64,000 bases of DNA. It comes from Eledone cirrhosa. Taxonomy: Eukaryota. The notes under the pieces are model-generated. The model had not been told where the DNA came from and searched no databases. It was given only the letters and a program-made list of their open reading frames with translations. The position numbers were made by a program, and so were the translations under genes. The stretch is taken from positions 366,916,001 to 366,980,000 of the forward strand of contig OZ024742.1 in NCBI GenBank assembly GCA_964016885.1, in the 5' to 3' direction. Positions 52,278-64,000 of this stretch are shown here, piece by piece; the first letter of the stretch is position 1, and every line of letters begins with the position of its first letter.

Positions 52278-54101
52278 TCAGGATTTGGGCACCATGGTCC
52301 ATTCGAGAAGAGAATTACTGTTTGCGGAGACATATCCGGGTGTGGGTGGTTTGTCCGGGATTACTTGGAGGAATTTTTCCAAAGACTTCTTGAATTTTGT
52401 GTGGTCAGTTTCTGTTTTGACGTGTCCTGGTGTGATGTTGAAGAGAGCAGGGCCAATTGAGATGAAATAATTGTGCCGTATTGTTGTTATGAGTTGCGAT
52501 TTAGATTTTTGTTTGGGACGGATAGCACGGGGCCCAAACCTTGGGTGTATTTTGAAGGTGATCCCAACATCATTTGGGCAGTGCTGATGAAACATTTTCC
52601 ACATCATGCAGATAATATAACGCTCACGGCGACGTTGGAGTGAGTAAAGTTTCAGCTTTTCTAGTCGACCCCAGTAGTCAAGGTCTGACATGCTATCTAT
52701 CTTTTTCGTGATTGCCCTTTGGGGAGCTTCAAGTTTCATGATACTTTGTTTCGTGTGGGGAGACCACAGTAGACAACAGTATTCAAGGTGTGGTCGGGCA
52801 AAAGTGGAGAAGAGAAGGATAATTGTGTAGGAATCTCTCGACTGGAAGGTTCTGAGGATCCAGGAACACATTCTGCGGGCCATGTCAACTTTGCTGCTTA
52901 TATGCGTGGCCCAGCTTATGTTGCTGTCCACGGTTACTCCCAAGTCTCTGATGTTGTTAGATGCCACGAGATTTTCACCGGAGGGAAGAGAGTACGGGAG
53001 TTTCAGAGCATCCTCTATTCCAAAGTGGATCAGTTCGAATTTGTCTCCGTTCAGTAACATGTTGTTCTTTTCCGCCCATTGGGTAACAGCCAGTAGGTCT
53101 GACTGAAGGCTTATCCGGTCATCCACGCCATTGATGACCTTTTGGAGCTTGGAATCATCAGCGAAAATTCTAATGTTGCTGTGTTTGATGATGTCAGTAA
53201 TGTCATTAATATAGATGATGAAGAGAAGTGGGCCCAACACAGTGCCTTGTGGGACCCCACTACTGACTTTGGCTGGGCTGGATTTGACTCCTTCGACTAC
53301 AACATGTTGGGTTCTGTTTGACAGGAAGCTCTTGATCCACTGCAGCAGCTTTCCTGTGACACCAATATTGGACAGCCTTCTCAGTAGAATGTTGTGATCA
53401 ACCTTGTTAAAGGCCTTGCTGAAATCAAGGTAGATAACATCAGTGTTGGAACCATCTCCCAAGGCTCTCAAAATGTCATCAAAGTGATGCAGTAGCTGCG
53501 TCAGGCAATCCCTTCCATTACGGAATCCATGCTGGTTGGAGTTCCACATATTGTTACTCTCAAGGAAGTGAGTCATTCGCGATCTCACCACTCTCTCAAA
53601 TACCTTAATGATATGAGAGGTGAGTGAGATTGGACGGTATTTCACGGCAAGGGATTTGTTTCCTTTTTTGAAAACTGGGACAACAGACTGGGATAGAAGG
53701 TTTTCTGGCACATATCCAGCATCCAGTGAGTTCCTCCACAGATTGGCAAGAGGAGATGCAAGTTGGTGTTGACACGCCTTCAAGACACAAGCAGGGAACC
53801 TATCGGGACCTACTGCTGAATTATGCTTGATTTCCTTTATTGCCGCTAAGACATCAGGGGCGCCAAACGTTATGTCCGATAAGGTGTAATGGGGAGTAAC
53901 ATCGCCGATACAGCCCAGATCGGCCATATCAGGATTGCTGAAAACAGAGCAGTATTGTTTCTGCAGTATCTCACCCATGGTTTTAGCATTGTCTTGAAGA
54001 GTGCCATTTTCATCAATTAGAGGGCCAGCAGTAGAGCCTGTGATTTTGTGTTTTTTTTGCAAATGAAAAGAACACTTTGGGATTGAGTTTGATCTTCTCA
54101 A
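52278..54101 (-). CDS. LINE ORF2 reverse transcriptase region (true start lies upstream; first ~15 aa of the listed ORF are out of frame)
   Basis: YRPISLTS, NQHGFR, YLDFSKAF, SGVPQGTVLGPLLFIIYINDI, FADDSKL, RDLGV, RPHLEYC..WSP. Confidence 0.92.
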   Translation of the reverse strand: MRRSNSIPKCSFHLQKKHKITGSTAGPLIDENGTLQDNAKTMGEILQKQYCSVFSNPDMADLGCIGDVTPHYTLSDITFGAPDVLAAIKEIKHNSAVGPDRFPACVLKACQHQLASPLANLWRNSLDAGYVPENLLSQSVVPVFKKGNKSLAVKYRPISLTSHIIKVFERVVRSRMTHFLESNNMWNSNQHGFRNGRDCLTQLLHHFDDILRALGDGSNTDVIYLDFSKAFNKVDHNILLRRLSNIGVTGKLLQWIKSFLSNRTQHVVVEGVKSSPAKVSSGVPQGTVLGPLLFIIYINDITDIIKHSNIRIFADDSKLQKVINGVDDRISLQSDLLAVTQWAEKNNMLLNGDKFELIHFGIEDALKLPYSLPSGENLVASNNIRDLGVTVDSNISWATHISSKVDMARRMCSWILRTFQSRDSYTIILLFSTFARPHLEYCCLLWSPHTKQSIMKLEAPQRAITKKIDSMSDLDYWGRLEKLKLYSLQRRRERYIICMMWKMFHQHCPNDVGITFKIHPRFGPRAIRPKQKSKSQLITTIRHNYFISIGPALFNITPGHVKTETDHTKFKKSLEKFLQVIPDKPPTPGYVSANSNSLLEWTMVPKS

Positions 54102-54760
54102 TGGCCCAGGCCTTTTCAGCTCTTCTCTGATTGTTGATGATAGACATCATATTGTTTTGGAGGTTATGTTTTTTTTAATCTCTAGTGATGAAATGGCAGT
54201 CAAGTTCATGTGTTGCTGCTGACAGTATTTCAGCTTGTTGATTTTTTTGTTAGTTCTCTTAATTTTCCTGATGAGCGTTTTTCTATTTCTAGGGATTCTG
54301 CTCTTAGATTTGTTTATAGTTCTTAATGGGGTGTGTTTTGCACATATGTTTGTAACAGTGTCCACAAATGTCTGCCAGGACTTTTTGATGTTAGTGGGTG
54401 TATGAATGTGCGTGAAGGACCAGTCGACATGTGCAAGTTCATGACTAATCGCTTCCCAGTTTGCATTGTGGAAATCCATAGCGTCAAACGGATGGACAGG
54501 AGAGATGACATTGGGTTTGTATATTGGACGGTGGAATCTCAGATCACAGAGAACCATGTCATGATCAGAGAGTAGAGTTTTCTCCACTGCAATATTGTGG
54601 ATAGTGTCAGTGTGATTGCTGAAAATTAAGTCTAGGACGTTTTTGTGGCACCTCGTTGGTTCGAGCACCAGTTGGGACAGGAAGAAATCATCCATGAAGT
54701 CAAGAAGCGATTCCACTGCTTCCCTGTCAGAGGTTGAGGCAGAAGAGCCTGGTGGCAGGC
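54059..54760 (-). pseudogene. Upstream part of the same ORF2 (APE endonuclease C-terminus and linker), frameshifted
   Basis: [19 protein letters not shown] and SDH motifs; IKLNPKVFFSFAKK lies in another frame between two A8 runs. Confidence 0.85.
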
Positions 54761-54762
54761 TG

Positions 54763-54822
<60 letters not shown>

Positions 54823-54902
54823 CACAGACATATATATATAAATATATATATATATACATACACAGACATATATATATAAATATATATATATATACATACA
54901 CA

Positions 54903-54964
<62 letters not shown>

Positions 54965-54968
<4 letters not shown>

Positions 54969-57420
54969 GGTTTGAGGTTCACCACTGTATAGAGCTGGTC
55001 TATTCCGTATGGTCAATCGTAATGCAATAATATAGAGAGTACTCAACGTAAAGCAGTTCAACCGTCTTTGTGTTTGTAGTTGGTGGTGCTATTACGGAGT
55101 TAAATATTATAATGAAATGACAGGAGGCTGGATTTGTGTAAATCCTTGAAAGGTTTATTATACTATGATCATTTCAATGAGCGGGTTCCGTATGAATCCG
55201 GTGATATCATCAGGTATTCGAAATATAATACGTGAATGTAATAGATAAAATCCATGGGGCTGAAAATCGAGGACCCGAGGGCGACCGCTATTCTGTTCCT
55301 TCAACCTCAGCCGGTCGCCCTGGAGTGACGTGGCTAAAGTTTATAGTATGCTACTACCGGTCAGATAAACGAAAACAGAAAGGGATGGGAACATAAGTTA
55401 ACGTCGATCTCATGACACAAGGTAAAAGAAAGAAAGAAAGGAAGGAGAGAGAAGAAGGGGGAAGAAAGAAGAAGAGAAGCCAGGGTTAATGTCAGCTAAA
55501 AGAAGAAAGACAACTACTACCGGTCAGATATAGGCAATCAAGAGGGGGAAGGAAGATAAGTCTGCGGGAGGAAGACAGGAAGATGGGGAGAAGAGAAGGA
55601 AGAGAAGAGAGAAATAGAAAAGTAAGGGTTGATGGCTAAAAGAAGGAAGATAGAAAGAAAGAGGAAGAAAGGTCGATATTAATGTCAGACCACAGTCAAG
55701 CCAGGAGTGGCGCGAGAAAATTTTCATAGGGACCCGCATCTTAGCAGAGATGAATATATTGGGAGTCAGTGTGTTGCAGTGTTTAGACTTCTAGCATGAA
55801 GTTAAAAAATTAATAATCAATATTCAATATTAAAGAGGTTAAAAAATTTAAAGTTCAACAGTTTAACATTTTATTATATAATAGTTCCGATTTGTTCTGT
55901 AATTTAAAGGTACTATGTGGCGGTTAAAACACCGGCCGCGCCCCGGGCTCCATGGCGAATTAAGCTACGCCGAGTATTTTCATTTACCGAAAGAAGGGGA
56001 AATTTATTTTTCCAAGCACTCCAGGTGAGCTCGTTCGCCAGGGAGCTGGTCGCGCCGCCATTAAAACCCACCCAACAGTCCGACAGAAAGTTGGAACTTT
56101 AAAATTTTGCTTAGAGAAGTAAAAGAGTAATGGTTGATAACTACAAGAAGGAAGATAGAAAGAGAGAGGAAGGAAGGTCGATATTAATATCACACCACAG
56201 TCGGGCCAGGAGTGGCGCGACAACATTTTCACAGGGACCCGCATCTTAGCAGAGGTGAATATATTGGGGGTCAGTGTGTTACAATGTTTAGACTTATAGG
56301 ATGAAGTTAAAAAATTAATAATCAATATTCAATATTATAGAGGTTAGAAAATTTAAAGTTCAACAGTTTCAGGTTGATATATCTAATAGTTCCGATTTGT
56401 TCTGTAATTTAAAGGTACTATTTGGCGGTTAAAACACCGGCCGCGCCCCGGGCCCCATGGCGAATTAAGCCACGCCGAGTATTTTCATTTACCGAAAGAA
56501 GGGGAAATTTATTTTTCCAAGCACTCCAGGTGAGCTCGTTCGCCAGGGAGCCGGTCGCGCCGCCGCTTAAACCCACCCAACGGTGCGACAGAAAGTTGGA
56601 ACTTTAGAATTTTGCTTAACTCTATCGGATGAAGTTGAAAGAATTCAGAATAACATTATAAAACTAAGGAGTAAGAAGATTGAGAATTGAACAAACAGAA
56701 AATTGAAGATTAAACATTCAAATAACTTCTATGAGGTTTTGGGTTGCGGGGTTTAATTAAATAGTCTTTTATGAAGAAACGTTAATTGTATTATGTAGAT
56801 CTGTAATTTATCCTAGTGTTATGTAGAGTACTGGATATAGTCGTGTAATGTTTAATTTTTGTTCTCAGGAGGAGACATTCTAGTGTCGTGTGCTAATGGG
56901 TACAGGTCCCAATGTAAGGAGTAGAAATACATGGATACATAGAAGTGGAATACGTGGAAGAGCACATTGGTACAGCAGAGGTATAAATATATAAACATAT
57001 CAATATATAGGTATAAACCCTTACTTTTCTACTTCTCTCTTCTCTTCCTTCTCTTCTCCCCTCTTCCTGTCTTCCTCCCGCAGACTTATCTTCCTTCCCC
57101 CTCTTGATTGCCTATATCTGACCGGTAGTAGTTGTCTTTCTTCTTTTAGCTGACATTAACCCTGGCTTCTCTTCTTCTTTCTTCCCCCTTCTTCTCTCTC
57201 CTTCCTTTCTTTCTTTCTTTTACCTTGTGTCATGAGATCGACGTTAACTTATGTTCCCATCCCTTTCTGTTTTCGTTTATCTGACCGGTAGTAGCATACT
57301 ATAAACTTTAGCCACGTCACTCCAGGGCGACCGGCTGAGGTTGAAGGAACAGAATAGCGGTCGCCCTCGGGTCCTCGATTTTCAGCCCCATGGATTTTAT
57401 CTATTACATTCACGTATTAT
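54965..57420 (-). mobile_element. Penelope-like element, family A, long copy with inverted 5' segment and internal tandem duplication
   Basis: 3' end is homologous to 40726-41088 and carries the hammerhead. 55225-55630 is repeated inverted at 57016-57420. A ~505-bp direct duplication spans ~55610-56112 / ~56113-56618. Confidence 0.7.
55160..55217 (-). ncRNA. Minimal type I hammerhead ribozyme (family A)
   Basis: Minus strand reads ATAC-CTGATGA-(stem II)-GAAA-TGATCA-TA-GTAT-AATAAA. Stems I and III differ in sequence from the 40851 copy but keep pairing. Confidence 0.75.
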
Positions 57421-57582
57421 CCCGCCAGACTCTGGAATCTACAGCTTATCAGGGCAGTAGACTCCTGAACGATAGCAATACTGCCTACGGTGAAATATCA
57501 AACGTAGAATCCCACATCGGCAGCCAGACCCAAATGTTAGCATTGAGTGCTCAAACTGGTGAAACATTACCTACCAGTACAC

Positions 57583-57656
<74 letters not shown>

Positions 57657-57858
57657 CGTGTGTGAGTGTGTGTGTGTGTTTGTATGTGTGTCTGTGTGTG
57701 TGTGTGAAAAATAATAATAGAGTTTTCAAGTTGCACCTCATGATTATCTAATTAGTTTTTGTATTTAAGCAACAAGTAATTAGTTCATACAAAATGTATT
57801 ATAGTATTTTTAGAATGTGAGTTTTTAGAAGTGGTCATGTTTATAGAATTAGCTTTTA

Positions 57859-57895
57859 TGCTAACCGGTTTCGCTATGAATACCTCTTCAACGTT
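57859..57895 (-). ncRNA. Degenerate hammerhead remnant
   Basis: Minus strand reads TTGAAGA-GGTAT-tc-ATAGC-GAAA-CCGG-TT-AGC. C3 and stem I are damaged. Confidence 0.3.
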
Positions 57896-58366
57896 TTATT
57901 TTGATTTGTGGTAGGGTTATATATACTCCACACATTGTTGCATGTCATCTTCAATATATTTTACATATATATATATAATGGATTGAAAACCAAGATAAAG
58001 AAATGTAAGACATTTTATTTGTCTGGCACAATTTTCAACAAAAGAAGCAAGCTGTATTATTAATATATTATGATATGTCTATATAATAGAATCTGAGAAT
58101 TAAGCCGAGGAATTTGCTATTAACCCTAATTTCACTCAATTCTCTATCTTCAGTGAAATCCTGAATTATACAAAATTATAAGAAAATATGCCTTTAAAAA
58201 CCTCTAAACCTCTCCACAATTCCACGATTTCTGGACAATAACAGGCTTCAAATAACTGGTTATAACCTGATACAATGCATCAATGGCAACAACAATATCA
58301 TATTTAACTAAATGAATGTAAGATTGAAAGAAAGAGAACATACAAAGTTATATATGATATATTCAT

Positions 58367-59140
58367 AATCATCATCATCATCTGGACGTGCTGGTTGTCC
58401 AGGTACTCCTGACTCGCTGCCGCCGGCAATCTTGATCATGGGTCTTGCATATTTACAGTGCTCGTTGCATCATTACAAAGTGCGTTGATGTAGTTATTAC
58501 ATGGTCGACCGACGTTGGTACCGACGAGGTTCCACATCAATGCATCGCTGACAATTTCCTCCTTGCTTCTCCAACAGTGTCCACCATAATCTTTCCTTGA
58601 TTACTTGGGAGACAGAGACTACATGTCCATAAAGTTGCTAGTTGGGGTTGCTATCACAAAGATATATTAAAATCTACACGGATCATTTACCTGTAATTAC
58701 CATTTAGTCTATTTGTTCAAGTTTCTAAGTCAATGTCCGTCTGGAGCTCCCCTACAGTAAAACTGAGGCTAGGACTTCTTGAAAGAAATCTCTCTTTATA
58801 TTATCAAGCAGTGAGGACGTTCATATGAATGTCAGTGTTCATGGCAGACCAAATGTTTGCAATGCAGAGATTGACATCTGGTTCTGAAGATCCAATATTG
58901 CTGCTAAGGTAGACAAAGTTATACCTTTAACAAACAATTTCACTTCCATGGAGGTGATTGTGCCTTCTGGGTTATAACATCTTCTCAATTGACACATAGT
59001 CCCAAAATCTCTGGCTGACTCATCCAAGCTGTAAATATGAGTTTACCATAGGAAGCTATGTTTACGAGTAGTATTTAGTCGTCTACATAGTCTACACCAG
59101 TGATAGTTTTAGTTGTGTATCTTCTATATCGTCTGCTAAT
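58367..59140 (-). mobile_element. Old degenerate RTE-clade LINE fragment
   Basis: Minus-strand translation gives ADDI, FVYLSSNIGSSEPDVNLCIANIWSAMN and GHCWRSKEEIVSDALMW with many stops; (GAT)n tail. Confidence 0.75.
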
Positions 59141-59195
59141 GGCCCCCCTTTCCCCTTCTGTTGTCTATTGAAGTGCGAAGAACATATTATAAGCA

Positions 59196-59346
59196 GATAA
59201 TTGTTTCTACTTTTGGCACAAGGCCAATAATTATCCAGTGCATTACTGGTACTTTATTTTATCGACCCCGTAAGGAAACTCAGACCATGAAGGGCCGTAA
59301 CTCTTTGCTGCAAAGCATAGCGTCAGACCCTCTACCGATACTGCCA
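59196..59346 (-). mobile_element. SINE S1 copy with internal deletion
   Basis: Matches 46521-46717 but lacks the segment between the B-box and the body. Confidence 0.85.
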
Positions 59347-60355
59347 TTATGAAATGAAATTGTGCGAAAGTATACTCTTGTGGTGTTCCTGCTATTATAT
59401 TGAAGACGTCTGAGTCACCATCTCTCCACGGCAAATGCGAAATGCATATCTTTCATTTTTCCTCTGTAAAAATTCAACAAAAAGGCGAAGAGCTTTTAGG
59501 TTTCCGCTTTTATTTTCCACGATTTCTCATTTGTTGTATCTGTGTCAACGTGGACATACTTCTCAGAAAACCCTATTGATATTTTCTTAATATTCTTTTC
59601 AAACTCATATCTCATGTCATTGTAAAAATGACCAACAGAGTATAAATAAAGACATTGTAGAGGAATTAATGTTTAACTAACTTGATAATAGTTTAATGAC
59701 AATAGTTTAATGACAGTGAATATGAGAGAATTAGCTCTTATTTATGTTATTGAAGTTTTTGCAATATTACAGCAAGATCAAATATTTATAGTTACACATT
59801 ATGAAACTACATTAATACTTTGGAGTTTTGGGTGTGGAACGGTTGGATTATAAAGAGGAAGTACAATGATAGTAGGATTATATATATCATGTATAAATTT
59901 CACGATCGTATCAATTGATTGAAAATATATATTTATATATTTCAACTATACAACCTTGAAGATGAGTGTCGAGTTTTTAATGAACGGATACATAACAAGA
60001 TAGATATTTGTCACAAATAATGTATTTTATATTAGATACATATAGGGACAAACCACACACATATACAATGTAAATCCAGACACACTTAGATACCATTACA
60101 AACAATATATACACTATACCACTAATATATTCACGGATAAACACAAACAATGAAAACTATATATTCACTTAGATTATCCCTCTTTTTCTTTTTTTTCTGT
60201 TCTAATCTCTGAAGTATTCTACTCTCCGGATGAGAAGACTACAGTCCGATACATCGACTTATTTTTCTCTCTTTCATCCAAAGCGTGAAACTAATAGGGC
60301 GATTATTTTTGTGTCTGTCTATCATTTATTTTACATATATATATATATATATATA

Positions 60356-60545
60356 TAACGAAGGAAATGTGGTAAGGAACCAGGTGGACCATAACGCACC
60401 AAAGTACTCAATACTTATGGTAGTAGAGTGGGTAATAGGAACAAGTAAGACCCCGACGGCTGAGCTCAAACCGTTTCGACGGCTAATTCTGTACAGAATT
60501 AGCCGTCGAAACGGCTTGAGCTCAGCCGTCGGGGTCTTACTTGTT

Positions 60546-60550
<5 letters not shown>
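60356..60550. mobile_element. Fold-back element, family F, copy 1 (58-bp arms, no loop, centre GTAC at 60491-60494)
   Basis: 60435-60492 is the reverse complement of 60493-60550 with one mismatch; (TA)n on both sides. Confidence 0.8.
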
Positions 60551-60593
<43 letters not shown>

Positions 60594-60751
60594 TGTATAT
60601 ATTTATATATTTCAACTATACAACCTTGAAGATGAGTGTCGAGTTTTTAATGAACGGATACATAATAACAAGATAGATATTTGTCACAAATATTTGTAAA
60701 GTTAATTTTTAAAAATTTATTTTGAAACTTTTTCTTATTTGCTAAACCTTG

Positions 60752-60857
<106 letters not shown>

Positions 60858-60970
60858 CATACATATATATATATTGAATTGCCATCTGTCATATACTATC
60901 CCCTCTCTTCTTCCTTTCTTACAACTAATATAAATACTTCAATTTTACTGATTTTTTCCAATTTATCCAA

Positions 60971-61088
60971 TATCTCTGAAGAAGTGACAACTGATTATAC
61001 ATTTGCTATCGAATACTTGCTAACATTATATGATTACGCAAGCAGCGATACATAGGTATTCCGTCTGTTACAGAAACATATGTCAATA
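60971..61088 (+). ncRNA. Hammerhead-like motif with ~90-nt stem II insert (family H)
   Basis: TATCT-CTGAAGA-aGTGACA...TGTTACa-GAAA-CATATG-TC-AATA followed by AATAAA. Stem I is imperfect. Confidence 0.5.
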
Positions 61089-61154
61089 CCTAATAAATTC
61101 CTTTATAAAAGCACTTTCATTTTATATTCATCTTTTATATATATATATATATAT

Positions 61155-61352
61155 AACGAAGGAAATGTGGTAAGGAACCAGGTGGACCATAACGCACCAA
61201 AGTACTCAATACTTAGGGTAGTAGAGTGGGTAATAGGAACGAGTAGGATCCCGACGGCTGAGCTCAAGCCGTTTCGACGGCTAATTCTGGACGTCCAGAA
61301 TTAGCCGTCGAAACGGCTTGAGCTCAGCCGTCGGGGTCCTACTCGTTCCTAT
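61155..61352. mobile_element. Fold-back element, family F, copy 2 (60-bp arms, centre GGACGTCC)
   Basis: 61233-61292 is the reverse complement of 61293-61352 with one mismatch. Confidence 0.8.
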
Positions 61353-61368
61353 ATGTATATATATATAT

Positions 61369-61495
61369 GTTGATGCCCTAAGGACAGACACTGGTCTGTT
61401 GGAGATGCAGGATAAGGCAGCGATAATGAGGGACAGAGACCGCTGGAGAGAACTCGTCCATGGATCTCGGGAATTTTACCCGCCTTAGATAGATA
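61369..61495 (+). mobile_element. Short 3' fragment of the same RTE family as 43572-44007
   Basis: Near-identical to 43881-44007 and ends in (TAGA)2. Confidence 0.9.
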
Positions 61496-61545
61496 TATAT
61501 ATATATATATATAAGAACAAAAGATGGTTAAAAGAGTTCCATGTA

Positions 61546-61612
61546 TTTTATTATGCGCATTTCAAAAACAAATATCATCATGCAATAATATTTGTGTTTT
61601 CATCAGATAAAA
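61546..61612 (-). ncRNA. Minimal type I hammerhead ribozyme (family G)
   Basis: Minus strand reads TTTTAT-CTGATGA-AAACACAAATATTATT-gcat-GATGATATTTGTTTTT-GAAA-TGCGCA-TA-ATAAAA. Intact core, 6-bp stem I, palindromic stem III. Confidence 0.75.
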
Positions 61613-63143
61613 CAGGAAGACATGATATGAAGGTTAAAAAACACTTGTGGATAGTGCAGTTTTAAATCAACATATGAAAAGTAGTTTTAGATTGATATGT
61701 GATATTGGGAAAAATATTTTATTTTGAGGGGGAGGGGAGGAGATGAGAGTAAAAAGTGGAGAGGGAGGAGTATAATGAGGAAGGATGAGATAGGAGGAGA
61801 GATGGGTGATAGAGAGAGAGAGATAGCTTTTATAACTGAGAAAGATATATTGTTTTACATAGAGAGGTTGAAAACCGTTGGAAGATAATGTATAAATTAA
61901 AAGAATTTGAAAATTAACGAAGAGAAAAATAATGTAAAGTTAAGGTTTGTATATTGAAGGGTTTAATAATATGTGCGATGAAAAGAAAATGTTAATATGT
62001 ATTAAGAATAATATTTAAGGGTTTAATAATATGTGCGATGGAAAGAAAAAGTTAATATGTATTAAGAATAATATTTAAGGTTTTAATATGTGCGATGGAA
62101 AGAAAATGTTGATATGTATTATTAAAAAAACAACAGGTAATTTAAGTAAGGATATATTGTGAGATGAGCATGAATAAGTTAGATGAAAGGGAGAAAAGAA
62201 TAATGAATTGAGGATGAATAATCTAACGTCAAAAAAATGTTTATGTTTACGAAGGATTTTTACAAGGTGATATAGAGTAAGAATATATTGTATTGTGTAA
62301 TAATTGTTTCTATGTTAGGCAACAGTGAGAAAAGGTACAGATTAGGGGTTAGACATTAAAAGAAAAAGAGAAGAAAGGGAAGTGATAAATAGGAGCGATA
62401 TAGAATGAGTAACAAGTATTATAGAATGAGTAACAAGTATTATAGAATGTATAATAAAAACTTTGAAATAAGGTAGAAAGATGGGTATATTTTTAAAGAA
62501 GTGTATATATATATATGTGCCTTTGAGAAAAAGATTCTAAATTGATAAAGTTTTGGATATTAGCTGTATACTTTGTGGAATGTTTTGTGGAATTTATGCA
62601 AGCAGATAGAAAACAATAGAAAACAAGTCAGTGCGTCTATTTATTATAGAATCTATATCGCTCCTATTTATCACTTCCCTTTCTTCTCTTTTTCTTTTAA
62701 TGTCTAACCCCTAATCTGTACCTTTTCTCACTGTTGCCTAACATAGATTCTTTTCATCGCACATATTATTAAACCCTTCAATATACAAACCTTAACTTTA
62801 CATTATTTTTCTCTTCGTTAATTTTCAAATTCTTTTAATTTATACATTATCTTCCAACGGTTTTCAACCTCTCTATGTAAAACAATATATCTTTCTCAGT
62901 TATAAAAGCTATCTCTCTCTCTCTATCACCCATCTCTCCTCCTATCTCATCCTTCCTCATTATACTCATCCCTCTCCACTTTTTACTCTCATCTCCTCCT
63001 CTTTTTCATCCTTTCCACCCCGCCCCCCTCAAAATAAAATATTTTTCCCAATATCACACATCAATCTAAAACTACTTTTCATATGTTGATTTAAAACTGC
63101 ACTATCCACAAGTGTTTTTTAACCTTCATATCATGTCTTCCTG

Positions 63144-63210
63144 TTTTATCTGATGAAAACACAAATATTATTACATGATGATATTTGTTTTTGAACGGCG
63201 CATAATAAAA
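63144..63210 (+). ncRNA. Mutated copy of the family G hammerhead
   Basis: Same fold, but GAAATGCGCA is changed to GAACGGCGCA. Confidence 0.55.
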
Positions 63211-63440
63211 TACATGGAACTCTTTTAACCATATTTTGTTCTTATATATTATGTATACTCCAGTCCCACAAACTGTAGAGTGCTTCTTATCCGATATCTG
63301 CATTGCTTTATTGTACTACAATAAAACTCACCTCCTACATATATATATCTCTCTCGTCTTTGTCACATCCTCCTTCTTCTCTACTTCAACTTCACATGAA
63401 TTCCTATAAAAACCTGAACATTCTGGTACGGTAAATATAA

Positions 63441-63555
63441 TCTCTGATGATATGGAATCGATTGTGCATTGGATGTCGAATGTTCTACTAACTATATAAT
63501 ATTATAGATGCAGCGAGATCTAGGCAAATTGATGTCTATTGAAAGGTACGTTAGA
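63441..63555 (+). ncRNA. Hammerhead-like motif with long stem II insert (family H)
   Basis: TCT-CTGATGA-...-GAAA-GGTACG-TT-AGA then AATAAA. The insert shares TCGAAT..CTAAC..GCAGCGA..TAGG with 60971-61088. Confidence 0.45.
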
Positions 63556-63602
63556 ACCGAATAAATCTCTTTTACTGCATCTTTCTGTTCTTTTTGATTC
63601 TT

Positions 63603-63655
<53 letters not shown>

Positions 63656-63739
63656 ATATATTCGGTAAAGGTAACCATAGTGAGTAAAGTTAATTTTTTT
63701 AAATTTATTTTGAAACTTTTTCTTATTTGCTAAACCTTG

Positions 63740-63992
<253 letters not shown>

Positions 63993-64000
63993 TGTTCCCG

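Larger units (their letters stand above)
52190..54761 (-). mobile_element. 5'-truncated CR1/L2-group non-LTR retrotransposon
   Basis: APE endonuclease C-terminus plus RT ORF, short 3' UTR ending in (TTCAAAGTTA)2, and (TA)n on both sides. Confidence 0.93.
61510..63245. mobile_element. Head-to-head inverted element pair, family G (arms ~61510-62404 and ~62653-63245)
   Basis: Right arm is the reverse complement of the left arm minus ~61988-62308, which contains a 60-bp tandem repeat. Each arm ends in a hammerhead followed by TA-rich sequence. Confidence 0.8.

Noticed and set aside
52285-54879. Plus-strand ORFs over the LINE
   Set aside because: Antisense shadows of ORF2.
55917-56607. Duplicated 61-aa ORFs (MAVKTPAAPRAPW...)
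   Set aside because: Non-ATG starts, arising from the internal tandem duplication, with no recognisable domain.
60224-60300. Hammerhead candidate CGGATGA...GAAACTAATA
   Set aside because: U4 is altered, stem III is not paired and there is no clear stem II; at most a decayed remnant.

Overview
Repeat-dominated, AT-rich animal genomic DNA. The SINE families resemble ones I recall from octopod cephalopods; that assignment is inference, not a database hit. Bases 1-34858 are one array of a 38-bp C-rich satellite (~910 units, 200-N gap at 13326-13525) with patterned internal variants. The remaining ~29 kb has no convincing host gene. It is a mosaic of (TA)n and other micro/minisatellites, about ten tRNA-type SINE copies, a hAT-type MITE, an internally deleted mariner, three RTE-clade LINE fragments and a 5'-truncated but nearly intact CR1/L2-group LINE ORF2. 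The most interesting signal is a set of sequence-unrelated non-coding elements sitting in (TA)n tracts and often arranged as fold-back palindromes. Several carry minimal type I hammerhead ribozyme motifs (CUGANGA...GAAA, palindromic stem III, NUH): best at 40851, 43328, 55160(-) and 61546(-), with degenerate or long-stem-II versions elsewhere. This architecture matches Penelope-like element pseudo-LTRs or non-autonomous derivatives, and the inversion breakpoints tend to fall at or near the ribozyme. All folds and alignments were done by eye.
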